A DNA stretch of 64,000 bases. Origin: Phoronis australis. Taxonomy: Eukaryota; Animalia; Phoronida. A program made the translations under genes and the position numbers. The notes beneath the pieces were generated by a model. The model searched no databases, was not told the origin of the DNA, and saw only the letters and a list, made by a program, of their open reading frames with translations. Location of the stretch: positions 195,656-259,655 of the forward strand of contig NMRA01000592.1 of assembly GCA_002633005.1 (NCBI GenBank), read 5' to 3'. Positions within the stretch are counted from its first letter, which is position 1. Each line of letters opens with the position of its first letter. This document shows, in pieces, positions 24,945-39,900 of this stretch.

Positions 24945-27900
24945 GTAATGACTGGCGAGTGCATGTGTAAATGTCCTTTGTAGAGCAAGCACACTGCTTG
25001 ACCATGGTTGACTTTGTGTAAACATATTTTGCATAAAATATCGTGGTCCCTGTAATGAGGATTACAGAAGTCAACTGTGGGTTGTGTTTGAAGGATCAGT
25101 TTGTTTATGGTTTCAACACAGAAACAAAATAAAATTAATAAAAACAGAAGAGTTCTAAAGGACGTCACTTTGCAAAATTGAATAATAAATGAAAAACTTG
25201 TGATGACAATGGATCATGAAGATGACCATAATGATGAAGTTGGATGGATAATAGAAGTCTACATGAGCTTTATCAAGGAAAGTAATGTGCAGAAATATGC
25301 AGTCAAGACAACAGTAATATAAAATTTAGATAATATATACTATTATTAGTTTTAAGTATACAAAATTTGGATTAGTACTTCTCAACATTGGTGTTTTCCG
25401 ACCACCATTTTTGGAATTCAACCAACTATGTCTATCTAGTTAGTTGAAATCAGAAAGTCATCAGAAAATGTTGATTAAGTCCAACAGCAAGTTGAAGCGA
25501 GTGTGGATGGCACACTTGTTGTAGCCCGTGTTATATACTAAGTCTCAAAAGAATTGTTAAAAGATGCCTGAACTATTGCTCTGTTAAGAGACAAATAAGA
25601 AATGTCTTCCACAGTGCCTCCCAGTTGCGTCCGATTTCAACATGTTGCTCTGTCAAAATTTTTGCTTCCATGCTGCGTGGCCTTTTTTGTGCGATGGCCA
25701 TGGAGTTCGTATATCGATCCAATTGATTTTGGTCAAAATCAAAATAATGTAAATTGGACTGTGACAGCCTTTTTTATTTTTCTTTCTGTAGATATAACTG
25801 CAATGACATTTCAAAAGTTACTGACACTAAACTTGCACATCAAGTCTATTGGTTTTGTTGAAACTTCAATTTAGCCAAGTAACTACATTAGCTAGCCATT
25901 ATGCTACTAAGATTGTAGTCTTTGGCAGCTATTTCCTGCTTAATTGACACTTGTCTAGTATGTGGGTGTGTGACGTGTTTTTATGTTTCAGTTTACCATG
26001 TTTGCATTACATGTGATAAAGTAATTTATGATTGTCAACTGGTACCGATGTCTGATAAATGAGACAGGATTGTAGTTAGTTATATTGAGCACTTTATCAC
26101 AGACTTGACTTTCTGCAACTTCAAACTACAATAAAGAAGTATGAAGCACATGGCTTCAGACAAGGTGTAGCGTATGAGTTCTACATTCAGGAAAAATAAA
26201 AGTTTAAAGTCACCTACGGTTGATTTGAAAAGCACTTTTATCCCAATACTGGTTGTCCACCTACACTGTATGCACACAGTATCACATTAACCTTTGAATC
26301 AGAATGTTGAATTTGTTCTTCAAATTTTCACTAATGTTTATTGCTTATCATTACATATTCTTAATTTTTCGATAAAAGAACATGAATTTCTTTATAAAAT
26401 AAACAGTTTCTCGCCAGCGGGCACATCCTTAAATTACCATTTAAAGAATTACGCATGCAGTTAAAATGTAAGTTTTTTGGGATGTTAAACTTTTGTGCAG
26501 TGAGAATACAGAGAAGAGCGAAACAGTGAGTCTTGCCGACACGCAGTCTGTGGATGAAGATGATATTACTGTGGAATCGCAGCAGATTGAGCAAGAGTCT
26601 GGTCATATACAAAAGGAGATAGAGCTAGAGAGGAAAGGGAAACTCACGGGCTTTTCCACTCCTGGTAGCTTAGCAGTTGATAGCAAGTTTGCCTCCTCAA
26701 CACCAAACCTCTCCCTCATTGGAAAGGTACGTGCAATTGTTAACACAATCTGGCACCTCAAATCTTATCCCTTAACTCGAACTCGTTAATCCCAAGTTGA
26801 ATTTTAGTCTCAGGCCCTGATCATTCATTGCAGTTTTGGTCCTTGGTCATACAATAAGATTTCAAACCTTGGTCATTCCATGAGATCTAAGGCCGTGCTC
26901 ATTCGTCTTACAATGTGCCAAGGTGCTGACAATTCTTAATTTTAAAAATATACCTTCTGTGCTGTACAATACAAGAAAACATGAAATGAAAACCACTAAC
27001 TAGATAGTCAATAAATGATTCTAAGAACGATCTGTGTAAGAAGCAGACCATTAGTTATTTGCTGTGTGATCAGTTCCAGAATGGAGACAGTGAGTTGGGG
27101 CGGAAACAGCTGGAGTATAACGAATTGAATGAAAATATACGTAAAGCTAAACAAGAGAAAAGGGTGAGTGCTCTCACATACCTAATCACTTCATTGCTGT
27201 CGCAAGCAGACCCAGTATGACTTTTGTATAAAGTCTTATGTTGCTATTTACATATTTCAGTTGTGTTGGCTCTTAAAATCTTTCTTCTGTTGTAACTTTT
27301 GCAAGTCACCATGGTGATATGGAGAAAAGCAAGCATCATGTGAATTTAGTTTTTCCTATTGTTTTCTTAATTATAAATTTTCTTAAGACTGAGTACTGTG
27401 GATATAATTTACATTAAGTCAGTCACAGGTATACTTTGGATATTTCATATGTGCCTTCTGGCTGTGTTCTTATCTAGGCTCTGATGAGGGACCTGACCAC
27501 ACTGCAAGATAGTATAACTCGCACACAGTCTGATATCAAGCAAACAGAGAAACAGGCCAAGGAAAACAGAAGTAAAGCTGAACAAGCCAGGTGAAGCACT
27601 TTGTCATTTCATGACATAATGTCTTGTGGAAATGGCAAAGACAATGACTGTATCTTGTTTCAAGAAAAATGTATATGTGTAATTGAACATTTCTGTCATG
27701 TCGTCAGTGAGGATGCTACTAAACAATAATTAAGCTATTCAAATTTAAGTTGGATTGCTCGGGAGAATTGAAGACTTCAACCACCAAATACATCCCATAA
27801 TGCAAGTCGTGACATTCACCAGATCTAAAGTGCCCTACACAGAACAGGTGTGGAGTGACAGAATGTTTCACACTGACAACATGAATGGCACATATTTAAT

Positions 27901-30900
27901 TCCAACTGGAAAATTCAATACTCTTGTCTTTCTTTGCAGGTCCGAGCTAATGTTAGTTGACTTTAAGAAGCAAACGGCAACACAGGAAGTTGAAAAAGTT
28001 AACTCAGAATTGATGAGAAAGAAGAAGAGACTTAAAGACTTGGATGGCAAAATGAAGGCGCAACAAAATGAACTAAAGGAATACAAACCACTGGGGCTGA
28101 CTAAGGAACAGGTACCTTTAGATTATGCGCTTGCTATAACTGACATTGTATCTTTTTGTCAGTTGTTTTATTTTACATTTGTACTTGGTATCCCAATCAA
28201 TGACACAACTGCTTTCCTCAGGGCCTACTGTAAACAGTCATTTGTGACGCATGGTATACCTAACAATTATGTAAGTAACGTAAGATCAATTAAACAAATT
28301 ATACAAAACTTCTTATTAAATTAAAACATCGACACTTTTGTGTTGATAACTTTGGTTACTGCTATACATCACTGGGGTAAAGAAGAAAGTTGACATGAGC
28401 ATTTCATACCCAAACTACTGTATCACAAAAGTTTGTCGTGACACATTTAAAATACAGTTGGTATGTACATCGCATACCCAGACTACCTTAACATGTTAGT
28501 TTGGCCTGACACATGTAATACAGTTGGTATGTACATCGCATACCCAGACTACCTTAACATGTTAGTTTGGCCTGACACATTTAATACAGTTGGTATGTAC
28601 ATCGCATACCCAGACTACCTTAACATGTTAGTTTGGCCTGACACATGTAATATACAGTTGGTACCTGAGTGAGTGACTTGTGCATAGGACTTTGTTGTGT
28701 TTTATGTTAACTTTGTTGTATGCACATAGATGTCTTTAGCTGTTGCTTTTCTCTGATATAGTCAGTTGTTTGTAGTTGGTTAGTCAGTTTCAGTCTCTTA
28801 CGCCCCACTTTAGGATTTCAAGTGTGACCACAAAGATCCCTAGATGATCACAGAAGTCCAATTATTACTTGAAGTCTTGTTGCCCAATGTATGAGCGTAA
28901 CACTATAGTGCCAGCATTGTTATGTAGTATGCATAAGTGTACAGTAAGTTGTCTCCAATCTTCTCAGGTGCTGGAACTGCTGGAGGAGAGAACCCAGCTT
29001 CAAGAGAAGGTGCGGAACTGGGAGGGGGTTCAACGAGAACGGGATGAACTGGAAAGTCAACTGGTCACAGCCAAGCAGGATCTATTCAATGAACAGAGGA
29101 AATCTCGGGCAAAGATTGAAGAGATGGAGGAGGTTGGATGAGATTTGTAACTGTTGAGTTGACACACATGCTGTTATGTTCTAACATTGTTTTTATGCAG
29201 TCACAACAGTATAGTTCAGTAGTAGCCCTTCATTGACACAAACTTTATTGAAAACATGACTGTATTTTCTGATAGATAGCTTTCACAGACACTCGCTAGT
29301 ATTCTGTCTAGTTTCAATCATCAGGTGTACAGTAATATGAAGTAAGCTGCCAATAAACAAAGAAACAAACAAATTAAAATATCTAGTTAAGAAATAGTAG
29401 ATAATAGCATTATTCATTATAATGTAGAAAATTAGTAAGTTTGGCTGAAGTATTTCGAGTGTCTGTTGATCACTTGCAAAAAACCTCTGCTGAATCAGCA
29501 GTTCACAGGAGTTTACCAAATGCTAGCTCTGTTCCGCTAGTTGCTTGTAGGCATCCCTCTATGCATTGTACTCATACCTACTGTTTGTACACTAATCTAA
29601 CTACTTTCACTGTTGAGTGCATTTCATTTTACTTTGTTGATGAAATGTGCTCGCGAAATCTAGCTGCGATTTTAATTTTTTTTGTTTGTCCTGTCTATTA
29701 GCAATTTACTTCATAACTGTTCACATGATGATTGATCGAAAACTGTTACAGTAGTACAGAATACAAGCGAGTGTCTGTGAATCTATCCAACAGAAAATAC
29801 AGTCATTTTTCAATCAGAAGTGGCAGTTATAACATCAAAACCTTACGAGGTGTTTTTGCTCATTTCTGACACATGTGGAATGTTTTCACAAAATTTGTCC
29901 ATGACTTCATTGTTCAACTTAATTGTGATGGTCTAACTTAGCGGAGATAATTACCGAATTTCACCGAGTTCATTATGCAGTTTTCGAGACCCAAACATAA
30001 AAGTGCTTACGTGTCTTGATTCGCTGATGTACTCTTGGTTTATTCTGGTTTTGAAGTTGTCTTTGAATGTATACGGAAAATCCATGCCTAGCTGATGTTG
30101 TTCCCTTTTCAGGAGCTGGACACTGGTCAACACAAACTGGAAGAGGCTCAACTGGACAGGGAGACTGCTCTAGAGAAGGTCCAGCAGTTTGAACACAAAG
30201 TGAAGAAACTGGAGAGAGAGAAAATAGAGTTGTCTAAGGTAAGTTAGTGTTGATGGACATGCAGCTGTGTCAGTCTTAAAGTACACTGTTGTTTTTTGCC
30301 ATCTATATTTGTTGTCATCGTTATTGATGATTTCCAGGCTGGTTTGTGATATTAAACAAGCACAAGGTTACATTTTGTTATCTTTTTCATCCATATTGGT
30401 TTATTTTCATAACCAAGTTAAAACTATTTTTTTCTTGAAAAATAAACACCGTATTTGCATGTGCCAGATATTTATCAAGTAATTAATACTTTTCTTTTGT
30501 CCCTGATGTCTGTGCGAAAGCTCTATCCTAATTTGACATTGAAATGCTTTGGTACACTTCGTAGTTTAGCTACACGTTGTGCAAAAATCTTTTCTCAATG
30601 CTCAGCTTTAGCAAGACTTTCACGCTGACTTATTGCATTGATTAGTTCATCTATGTCTCACGTGAGTATGAAAGATGGTGGTCCACACTTTTCATTGACT
30701 TCTGTATGAAACACATCGACTAGTGGTGCCTGTGTTGACATAATAGTGTGTCTGTAGGAGAAGCTGGTTGAATATGAAGACATGCGGGAAAAGCTGCAGA
30801 ATGACATGTTAGAGCTGAGGATCAATATGAATAATGAAGTGGGTGTGGTCAAGGACCAGTTACAGCAGCAGACAGACCGCGTTGTTCAACTGGAGGCGGA

Positions 30901-33900
30901 TGTCAATCACAAGGATGAGCTCAACCTGCAGCTTAGGTATGACTGATTGACAAGGGGTGGGCAGGGACTCTGCGTTCTCACAGGCAACAGTGGGAACTGG
31001 AGACACCTTGTGATTGCTTGTGAGAAATAATCTGGCCATTGTATCCACTTGGGATAATGGTGAGCAACAGTTTGTACTGGTCCACCACTCTTGAGTAAAT
31101 TTATGTGTGTTAATTGCTTGTCATTCTATTGATACTTTGGCATAAATTATTCTACGAATAGATTCTAAATCATCCTTTTTGTCTTCTCTTGAATCCAATT
31201 ATTTGAAATTTGTTGTCATATCTCAAAACAATTTACCAGACAATTTTCACGTATGTAACGTAGTGATCGAGATTTGATATCTTTTACGTAAAGGTGCATA
31301 TATGTCATTCTTTATCTTGTGAGTGTATATTTTATGGCCTGGGTCAACTCATTTATTACTGTCGTGCCACTCCAGTTTATTGCTCATAAAACTTGACACT
31401 ACTCACACTACTATCTCTGATAACAGATGAACCTGTCCATTATCTCTCTCTCTTGACATTTCAGGAACCAGTTGATTGAAGTGCAACAGGAACTGACCAA
31501 AGAGATGGAAGAGAAGGACAATCTAATGAGTGAACACCAGACCAATATACAGAACTTGAGGAGGGAGATGGTGAGTTGTCATCTAATAACGGTATTGCGC
31601 AGTGGAGACAGGTGTTATATTATACTCTATTAGTTTGATGAAGATGTAACGTTATCCTTGAATATTGTCTCTCTGTTGTTGTAATGGAGCTTGTTTGAGA
31701 CACGTTGGGAATATTCAATGTTAAACAGAAACTCAACAATCTCTTAAACATTGATGTTGCATTCATTCTGTTCTATGCTCTGATGATAAATAAATACCCC
31801 CAGTCTCCTATCTCACTCTGCAGACAAACAAAATTTATTTATATTTTTGTCCTGTTGAGCCAAGAGGTTCCAAAAGACTTAAGTTCAGATAGGGTATATA
31901 TTGGGCAGGTGATCCAAGTAGTTACTGGGCACTGCAACTTAGCTCAGCACCAAAACATCACACGTCATGTGATCTGCTCAAGATGCCCTATGTGTGGCTT
32001 GGAAGCTGAGACTTCCCGACATTTAGTGAAAATTTGTCCTGCTTATCAGGGTTTTTGCAGTCTTGTGCTAGATGGTTGTGTAACTTGCCTGGTGTACATC
32101 ATCAGATCGCGCTGGTACAATAGCCTTACTAATTTCCTTAAAAAATGGAAAGATGAGAAGACTTTACTCAAAAGGAACCTCATCCTGAGGAATCCCCTTG
32201 AGTCTTAATCAGGTAATAAGTGCTATGGGTCCAACTGTGGCCTAAGTACACCTGGTGCATGGCAGAAGGCACCAGGCCACCTACCTATTTTTTCTTGCTC
32301 GCTCCTAATCTCTTCCCATTCCCTTCTGTCCACGTATATTCTCTCACTCTTTCCTACTTGCAGTCTCAGTATTCCTGCCTCCTGACGCGTGACCTCTTAA
32401 TATTCCCACAACTCTCTCTACATGAACTCCTGATCATAACCCACTCTCCTACGTGCTCTCCCTGCCCCCTTTTCTATTCTCTCATCATGTTTTCCTATTC
32501 TTCCACCTAGGAGTGCATGCTGGGACAGCAGAAGGAGGCTGCTGCTGTAGAGAAGGAGCATGCCATGACTGCCATGAGGTGCTCCATGGAGGAGGACCGT
32601 GCCCTGGCCTTGTCTAACATGGAGGAGAGCATGAACCAGCAGCTGGGAGACTACCAGCATGCGTTACAGGTGGGTGGCGCTGACATCTAGTGTACCAGCA
32701 TGGATTATATATGGGTGGAGGGAACCTGTAGTGAAGAATACTAGCATGCATTTCAGGTGGGTGGTGGTGACCTCTAGTGGAAACTTCAAGCATGCATTAG
32801 AATTGAGTGGTGGTCACCTCTATTAGACACTATAAGCCGGCATTAACAGAGGGGTGATGGATTTGTCTAGTGGGGACTACCAAGCCTGAGTTACAGCTGG
32901 TTCCTTGCCTAAATGCTAGATGGTGAGATAGATGCAGGCAGGAAAATAGACTTGATGATGCACCATCTGTATTACAGGTGCATGAATTAGTGATACGCAT
33001 GTTTCAATATCACTGACCGAGACCACTAAGGTACGACACAACTTGGCCAAAGTTCAAACATATTTTGGGCAATGAGAAGGTGCAACAAAGTTGAGTGACA
33101 TGAGGGGCGTGGCAATAGCTAATCAGAGGTTAATAACCTCCAGTTTGTGTAAAGAATGTGGACGAGTTTGGCATGACATGTAGTGAGGACCTGTTGTGAA
33201 GACTGGAAGCATGCATTGCAGGTGGATGTTGGTGGTGACCACTAGTAGAGACTACGAGCATGAATTACAACAGACACTTCACAGTCTGTACAAAAACTAG
33301 AGACTGTTAAACTCGGATTGACTTTGACCATGCCTCTAATGTCAGTCAACACTGTTTGCAAGTAATAGCGCCTTCTTATAGGTCAGAATATTATGCTTTA
33401 ACTTTTTCCTACAACGATATAGTGATCTCGCACAATGTGTTTAAAAATGGTGTTTCACTAAGCCACGCCCCTGTAACAGAAATGTTACAGAATGGAGCTG
33501 AGTTTCCAGTGTTTAAACTTGTTCATGTCATGACAGCTATCGTTTAGGAAGGGAACCAGTCTCATGTGATAGGTGGGTGGTGGGGACCTCTAGAGGAGAC
33601 TGCTAGCATGCATTATAGATGGGTTAGGTGATTATTGCAAGAATAGTCTTGTAGACATCAACTACTTCATCATGCAAAGGCATGACTACCTTGTTTTACT
33701 TCATAAACTTGTAATTGTCCATAAAAGTTATTCTTTAACATGCTTGGATGAGTGGTACAGTAATAGTGGGATGTAACTTCCATAGCCAACTTGCTCAATA
33801 CAATGATACTGTGTAGATGTGCACTTGTTAACCATACTGATTTTTGCCCATTTGTGCTTTAATATTTTTGGTGACGCATTTGGTAACTAAGCACATATTT

Positions 33901-36900
33901 AGTGAAATTGATACAAATTAGTGTTTTTGTAAAATGAACCCGTGAATCTGCATTGGGTTATTTTTGTTGTTGTTAAATGTTTTTGTGTATTGGGCAATTT
34001 ATACATGGCTGGCATTGTTTGAACATTTTGAAATTATCAGTCTTTATAGTTAGTACATTAAAGATGATTCACTATAAACTAAAAGTTCTTCCCATCAACT
34101 GAATGCTCGTTCCTGCCTTTATTAAGTTACACTTATCTCCATTTTGTGCACCAAGACTGATTCAGAGGAGACATGCGATGAGGTAAATTATGACTTGAGG
34201 TGCTGCTTCCTGTGTCTGCCATGTGGTTTTCACTGTGTTATCGTGGCAACTGAAATGGGTGCAAGGTGTTCCAGGCAGTTGTCCTTAATTCTTTTTTTGT
34301 GTTTGTATGTAAGAGACTTGCAACCACAAATTGTAGCCAGTGGGTCAGTTTTGTGATGAGCCTCAAACTGAGAATTATGAATAAACACCTTGTGCAGTTC
34401 CCATTGAAACTATCTGTTCTGCTGTTCTATCTTCGTAAACCAGAAATCTACATGGGGGTACTAATTCGTCTTACTTACAGATTATCCAATTGAGATGACC
34501 GTGAATTTCTACTATTCCTATTTAAACTTTCCATCAACATCTTGAACTTTATTTTAGCTGCCACGTAAACACAGTACTAGTCTGCCTGCACTGTCATACA
34601 GTTTGGCATAAATATATGTTTGTGTGGCATTCTTTTCAGATCAGGATACTGATCTTATTTGTTTTTTATTGTTGCCATGTCCTGTTGTGCATAAGAAGCT
34701 AAATGTATCTTGGATACCTGCTGTGATTGACCATCAAAGTCTTCGATCATTTTTATCAAGGTTGAGCAATTGATGTAAAGAACAGTGGAGATAACTGATT
34801 TTCTTCCGCACATTACCGTAAAGTCACATAGTTAAGCCAAAAATAAACAAAAAGTTGATTTTTTTTTGTTTTCCAGAGGCCCCTAACATTATGAGTGCCT
34901 ACAGTTTGTCAAAACATTGATGGTAGCAATAGTACATAACTTTAATATAAAATATTTGTGAAAAATGGAAGAAATGAAATTTCATTTATCTATCATATGG
35001 TGTCTGAGCATACAAGAAAATGTGTACCCTTGACTATATCAAATGATGCAACACCATACCTAAAACAACCACCCCTCCACAAACCCATATTCCCATCCAA
35101 GGTAGAACTGAGGGGCAAAATACACCCAAGGTGGCAGCACTTGCCTGTCAATCTTCCCTATGTCCTGTACTGTTGAATGACTATCTGTGCAGGACAAGGA
35201 GGAGGAGTTGAATGATGCTAATGAGCGACTGCGTGAACAACGTGAAGAGTGTGATAGACTGGTGGACTCAGTCAGGGAGCAGGGACGTAATGATGTAAGT
35301 ACATGGGTCTTGATAGGACATTTGTGTGTACCACATTCTCTGTTGCTACTATTAACATGGGTCTTGATACGACAGTCATATTGTGTGTGTGTGCCACAGT
35401 GTGTGTTGATCCTAGTGACAAAATGTATAAGTCATCACAGTTAGAATTTTTACTGAATTGTGAAACTCAGGAGAGAAGCACGAAAAGAAACAGTATATGG
35501 AATAAACGATCTTCAGAAAACATTGTGAATTTGGCGGGATTATTCAAAAAGCTGACTTTATTTTCTGAAAGATCGATGTCTCCAGGTTATAAATCTAAAG
35601 TACTGTATAATGTTAGAAGCTATATCTATGAAAATTACAGGATTTATTTTCTCAACTATTCATCATAGGAAATGATCTGTGTGTTAAAATTTCTTTACTG
35701 CCGAAGTTAGTTAACATAATTCCAAGTGAACTACATCATGGTATTAGTGTTATTCCTAAATACCTTGAATATGATGTTAAGGAAAATTGCATAGTCACTA
35801 TAAGCTGCCAGATTGGCTGTCGATTAAGTAGGTGCTAAGCAGTGGCTCTTTGGTGGCCAATCATCAGGTGATTGTGGCATGTCTTCTGAGTAATCCTAGA
35901 AAAATGTCCAAATTTGGCTAACTTCGGAACATGATATCTCAGAAATGACTGATCGGATTCATATGAAACTCTTAAGTATTGTAATACTCTGTGCACTGTT
36001 CTCCAAAATGCTGTTCAGAATTGTTTTTAAAATGTTCCACTTTTGCGTGAGGGGCATCAAAAATAGGAATTTTAGTTTTTTATGTAAAAGTAAAAAGTTG
36101 CATAAAACAAAAATCGAATTATAATTTAGAAAACTAACAGCACTTTTGAGATATCATCTTGAACATCAAAAGAAATTTGGTTATGTTATGGCTACTGTTG
36201 TTTTGATATGAATGTACTCAGGACTCTGTTTTGTGGCCCATTTTGTGGCAGATTGATGTCAAGATAAACAGACAAGTATATAATCTTCACCAAGTTTAGA
36301 GTTTTGTGGATATTTGGCAAAATGCTAGTAAGATTACATCACTCACATGCTGCCCTCTGCGTTGGTTGATTTTATATTTTTGTGGTGATTCATGTTGTAG
36401 GGGCTCAGAAGGTCTTTACATATTTTGTCCTGCTAATATCTATCTCAACACTATCAACTATGCTGCTGTCCAACATTTTATCACCTCTCAGAGCCTTTGA
36501 TTGGTGAAATTTTAACCATTCAAGTTATCAGATATGTGATTAGACTGGCCTTCCAATTTTCCTAGCTATTTAACAGAAATTGGAGATATAGAAAAGTAGT
36601 TACAATAAAACCTTATGTTTGGGAATTGAATAGGGCTTACTTGCTGAACACATAAGCACAGTTATTATTTGACATCTTTTTTTGTTGTGAATAGCTGTTG
36701 TCTCCTGTTCATTATACTTGTCCATTCAGGTGTAAGACCCTAACTTAAGCTGACCTGTGCAAATAGTGCAGGATAAAGAGATGTGTTTACTTGTAGTTGG
36801 AGGCAGTTATCCACTTGGCTGTCAGGCTCTAAGTGTGTCCCTGTGATTTCTGCCTCAACTGACAGTTACAGTTGAAATTTGAATTGTTGTGTGCACACAG

Positions 36901-39900
36901 GTTGACAATTTGCTTCAGGAATTGTGTTTTAAAGGATTGCTGTGGAACTGAGAGTTATGTTGAGACAGTTTGTAATGGAAATGCTGTAATGTGTGGAGCT
37001 GAGTGGTTGGTGGTGGAAACAGCATTGTTACTTTAGTAAAACTGGGGTAAAGAGGATCTTGATGATTAAGAAGAAGGGTGTGTTCCTGACTGAAACAGAA
37101 GAGTGTTAGTCTTGTATCAAACAGAAGCTGAACACAATGATCAGTGTATGGAGAAATGCTGTAAGAGTTTTTTGTATTCCGTGCTTTTTGACGTTGACGC
37201 CTGCTTAGCTATTATTTTGTCCGTATTTATGCATTGCCATGCATTCAAGTTGTACCCACTTTGCAGTTTTGTGTGGTTGAAGTGTACAGCTCTCATCTTG
37301 CAGTTTGACTGTGTGGCTGTTATGTCTCTGAAATGTCTGCTTTGTATCTGTAAAAATTTGTCAGAAGTCTTGACAAATATTGAAAAAACTTTAAGATATT
37401 CTTTTAAGTCTATTGTTGGAGTGTGGACGTTATATTGATTTGTGTTAAGTTGCAATGAGATTTCTGTTCGTCTTTTGTGCCATGTCCCTTCCATAAACAG
37501 AAAGTCTGGCGCCACCTGTCCCCCTGCTATGACAGTTAAGAAACTTGTGAAGAAGACAACATTTAATCAAGGGTACAGATAACCTTAAATTGGTTGTTGA
37601 GTTTACTGCCAGAGTTTTACCGATCTCAGATAAGTGATAAGTAAGAGAAAGAAGTCTGATTTCGTTATCTTTGCCTATTGTCCATTATCCCTAAATTTAT
37701 TGAATACCACTGGACAGCTCGTGGCCATGATGGACAAATGTTCATGTTAAAACTGTTGAGTTCGTTCAGATTATTTGCTTAGGTAAACATATTGTATCTG
37801 CAGTGTCGTTCTTTTTACTTTTAGAATCATGTTTTAATATTTTTCTTGGTCTTTTATATCATATTTAATGCATTGCCTTGGCATGTACGCCAATAGTTAT
37901 TGGAGTAACTCTATTATGTGTATGAATTAGACAAACAGTGAGTAATTTTGATGTCTAAACAGGTGCATTATATCTACCATTGGCCAATCTAAATAATTTG
38001 TGCAGAAACTGGGTTAGCAGATCAACAACTTAACTGTCATGTAGCCTGTTATCAAGATAAAATGACACTGGTGGACCCACTTCACTGAAATGTTGTTTTG
38101 TGTCTTCTTCATTTTCATTTTTCTGTGTCTCAAAGCCTTGTGGATGGTTCCTTATCATGATAACTGCTGTTGTTAATAAGAGATACGCCATTCAGTTTTG
38201 TTTCTTAAACCCTTTTCACAGGTTCGTACGACACTGGCGAAAGAGCGAGAGAACTGGGAGAGAGAGAAGGATGACATTGTTAAGTCTGAGCTGTCCCGTT
38301 TCCAGTCGGAGAGTGTGAAGGCTGTGGCCCGTATGAGCGAGCAACTGGAGAAGGAGAAAGCCCTGAATGAACGCCTTCAGGCCCAGCTGTCTGCTCTGTT
38401 GAAGGTTAGTCTCAGTGCTAACTGATAAAGCAAAGTTTTCCCTTCATGATTGACATATGTCCCATATAAATGACATATAAACATACCGTAAGTGATAGGT
38501 GCGTCGCATCGCGCTAGGTGATATAAGGTCATTTATTATGACGAAATATAATTACCAGGAATACGATTGAGAATACAAAATAAACAAGTAAAAGTAATGA
38601 TCTCGGGTAAGATGGGCAATAAAAACCACCACAAGAGGTGTTGTAAAACAGCTCATACTCCTACCATTTTCCACAGCACGACTCAGTAACTGCTGCCTAA
38701 TTTCACACACAGTGATTTGATTTTTGTCTCCTTTCGCTGGTGCTTTCTTGTTTTAAGGTTACGGTAAGGTTTCCTTAAATTCAAGCAAAAGCAATGACCA
38801 TAATTCTCTTTTTTTTTCTTTTTTCAAACCCTTGTTGTATTGCTAAAAGTGTTTAATTTAATTGAATGTGTGTTTCTTATTGACAGTTGTATTATATTAA
38901 GTCTTCAAACAATCAAGTATAATTGGGTCCTTGTTTACTGTAGTTGAAAATTTAGATTAAATAACATTTTACTGTTCTGTTTTGCAATTTGAAGAAACTT
39001 GTCCGTATTTGAGACTTTATCGACAAGTCTTTGCATTTAGCCAAATACCTACAGTATCAGTTTCCTGAAAGTGAGAATTTGATTTTTAATTGTGCACCAA
39101 TCTGCCATTGATTGAGTCACGTAACCATCTCCAAATGTCTATCTCTTAGATATGTTGAACTTTTCAACGGTCTCTCATAACCTTAATTTATATTTTTCTA
39201 TTATTATTACTATTATCATTATCATTATTATCATTGTTCCTATAAGAATTAATCTGTGTGTTCGTGTTGTTTCCCATTTTCTTGTAAGAGTAAGGAGCAA
39301 TCTATGACCATTTTAACAGTGAATTAGCTAATTCAGAAGTTGTCATTTTTACATTCAAACTTGCTGAAGGTTGGTGAATTGGGTTGGCTCACTCTGTCAA
39401 CCACCTTGTTTAATGTGGGATCGGTTGTCTAGTTCTTATCTACATCAACATGTCAAGTCGGTTATTAAACTTCCATCAAATTTACAGCTTTTGCAACCCC
39501 TTGCTGGCCCTCTTTGTTTTCTTCAAGTGTGATCACCATTCAACAGGTTAACAGCTAAAGCAAATATTCAATTGAAGGAATTTAGTCAGTTATTGAGTTT
39601 TTCTGAGCGCTTACCATTTATGAATAACACTTGAATGGCAATGTTATGATAAAGTTGGCATTAGGTTGCTATTGTATTCACAATATGCACTCAACAACAT
39701 GTTTATGTTAGTTGTCTTGGATTATATGCAATTTGATTAAAAAATGATTATCCCAAAGATTTGCGCATTGCTTATTAATGCATCTTCTGTGACACACTTA
39801 AACATATTAAACAGTAGTGGACACGCCAATTATAGTGTTCTAGTCTATTACACAACTTTCTGTCAATTTGTAAACTTCAGCATTTTCTTCCATTAGCTTG

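Noticed and set aside
28440-28672. CRISPR-like or repeat-protein appearance of the 66-, 54- and 52-bp arrays
   Set aside because: Head-to-tail intronic repeats without unique spacers, in a eukaryotic intron, with no cas genes
34160-34182. Possible micro-exon ending GAG|gtaaat
   Set aside because: Acceptor ambiguous; not needed for frame continuity; no supporting homology
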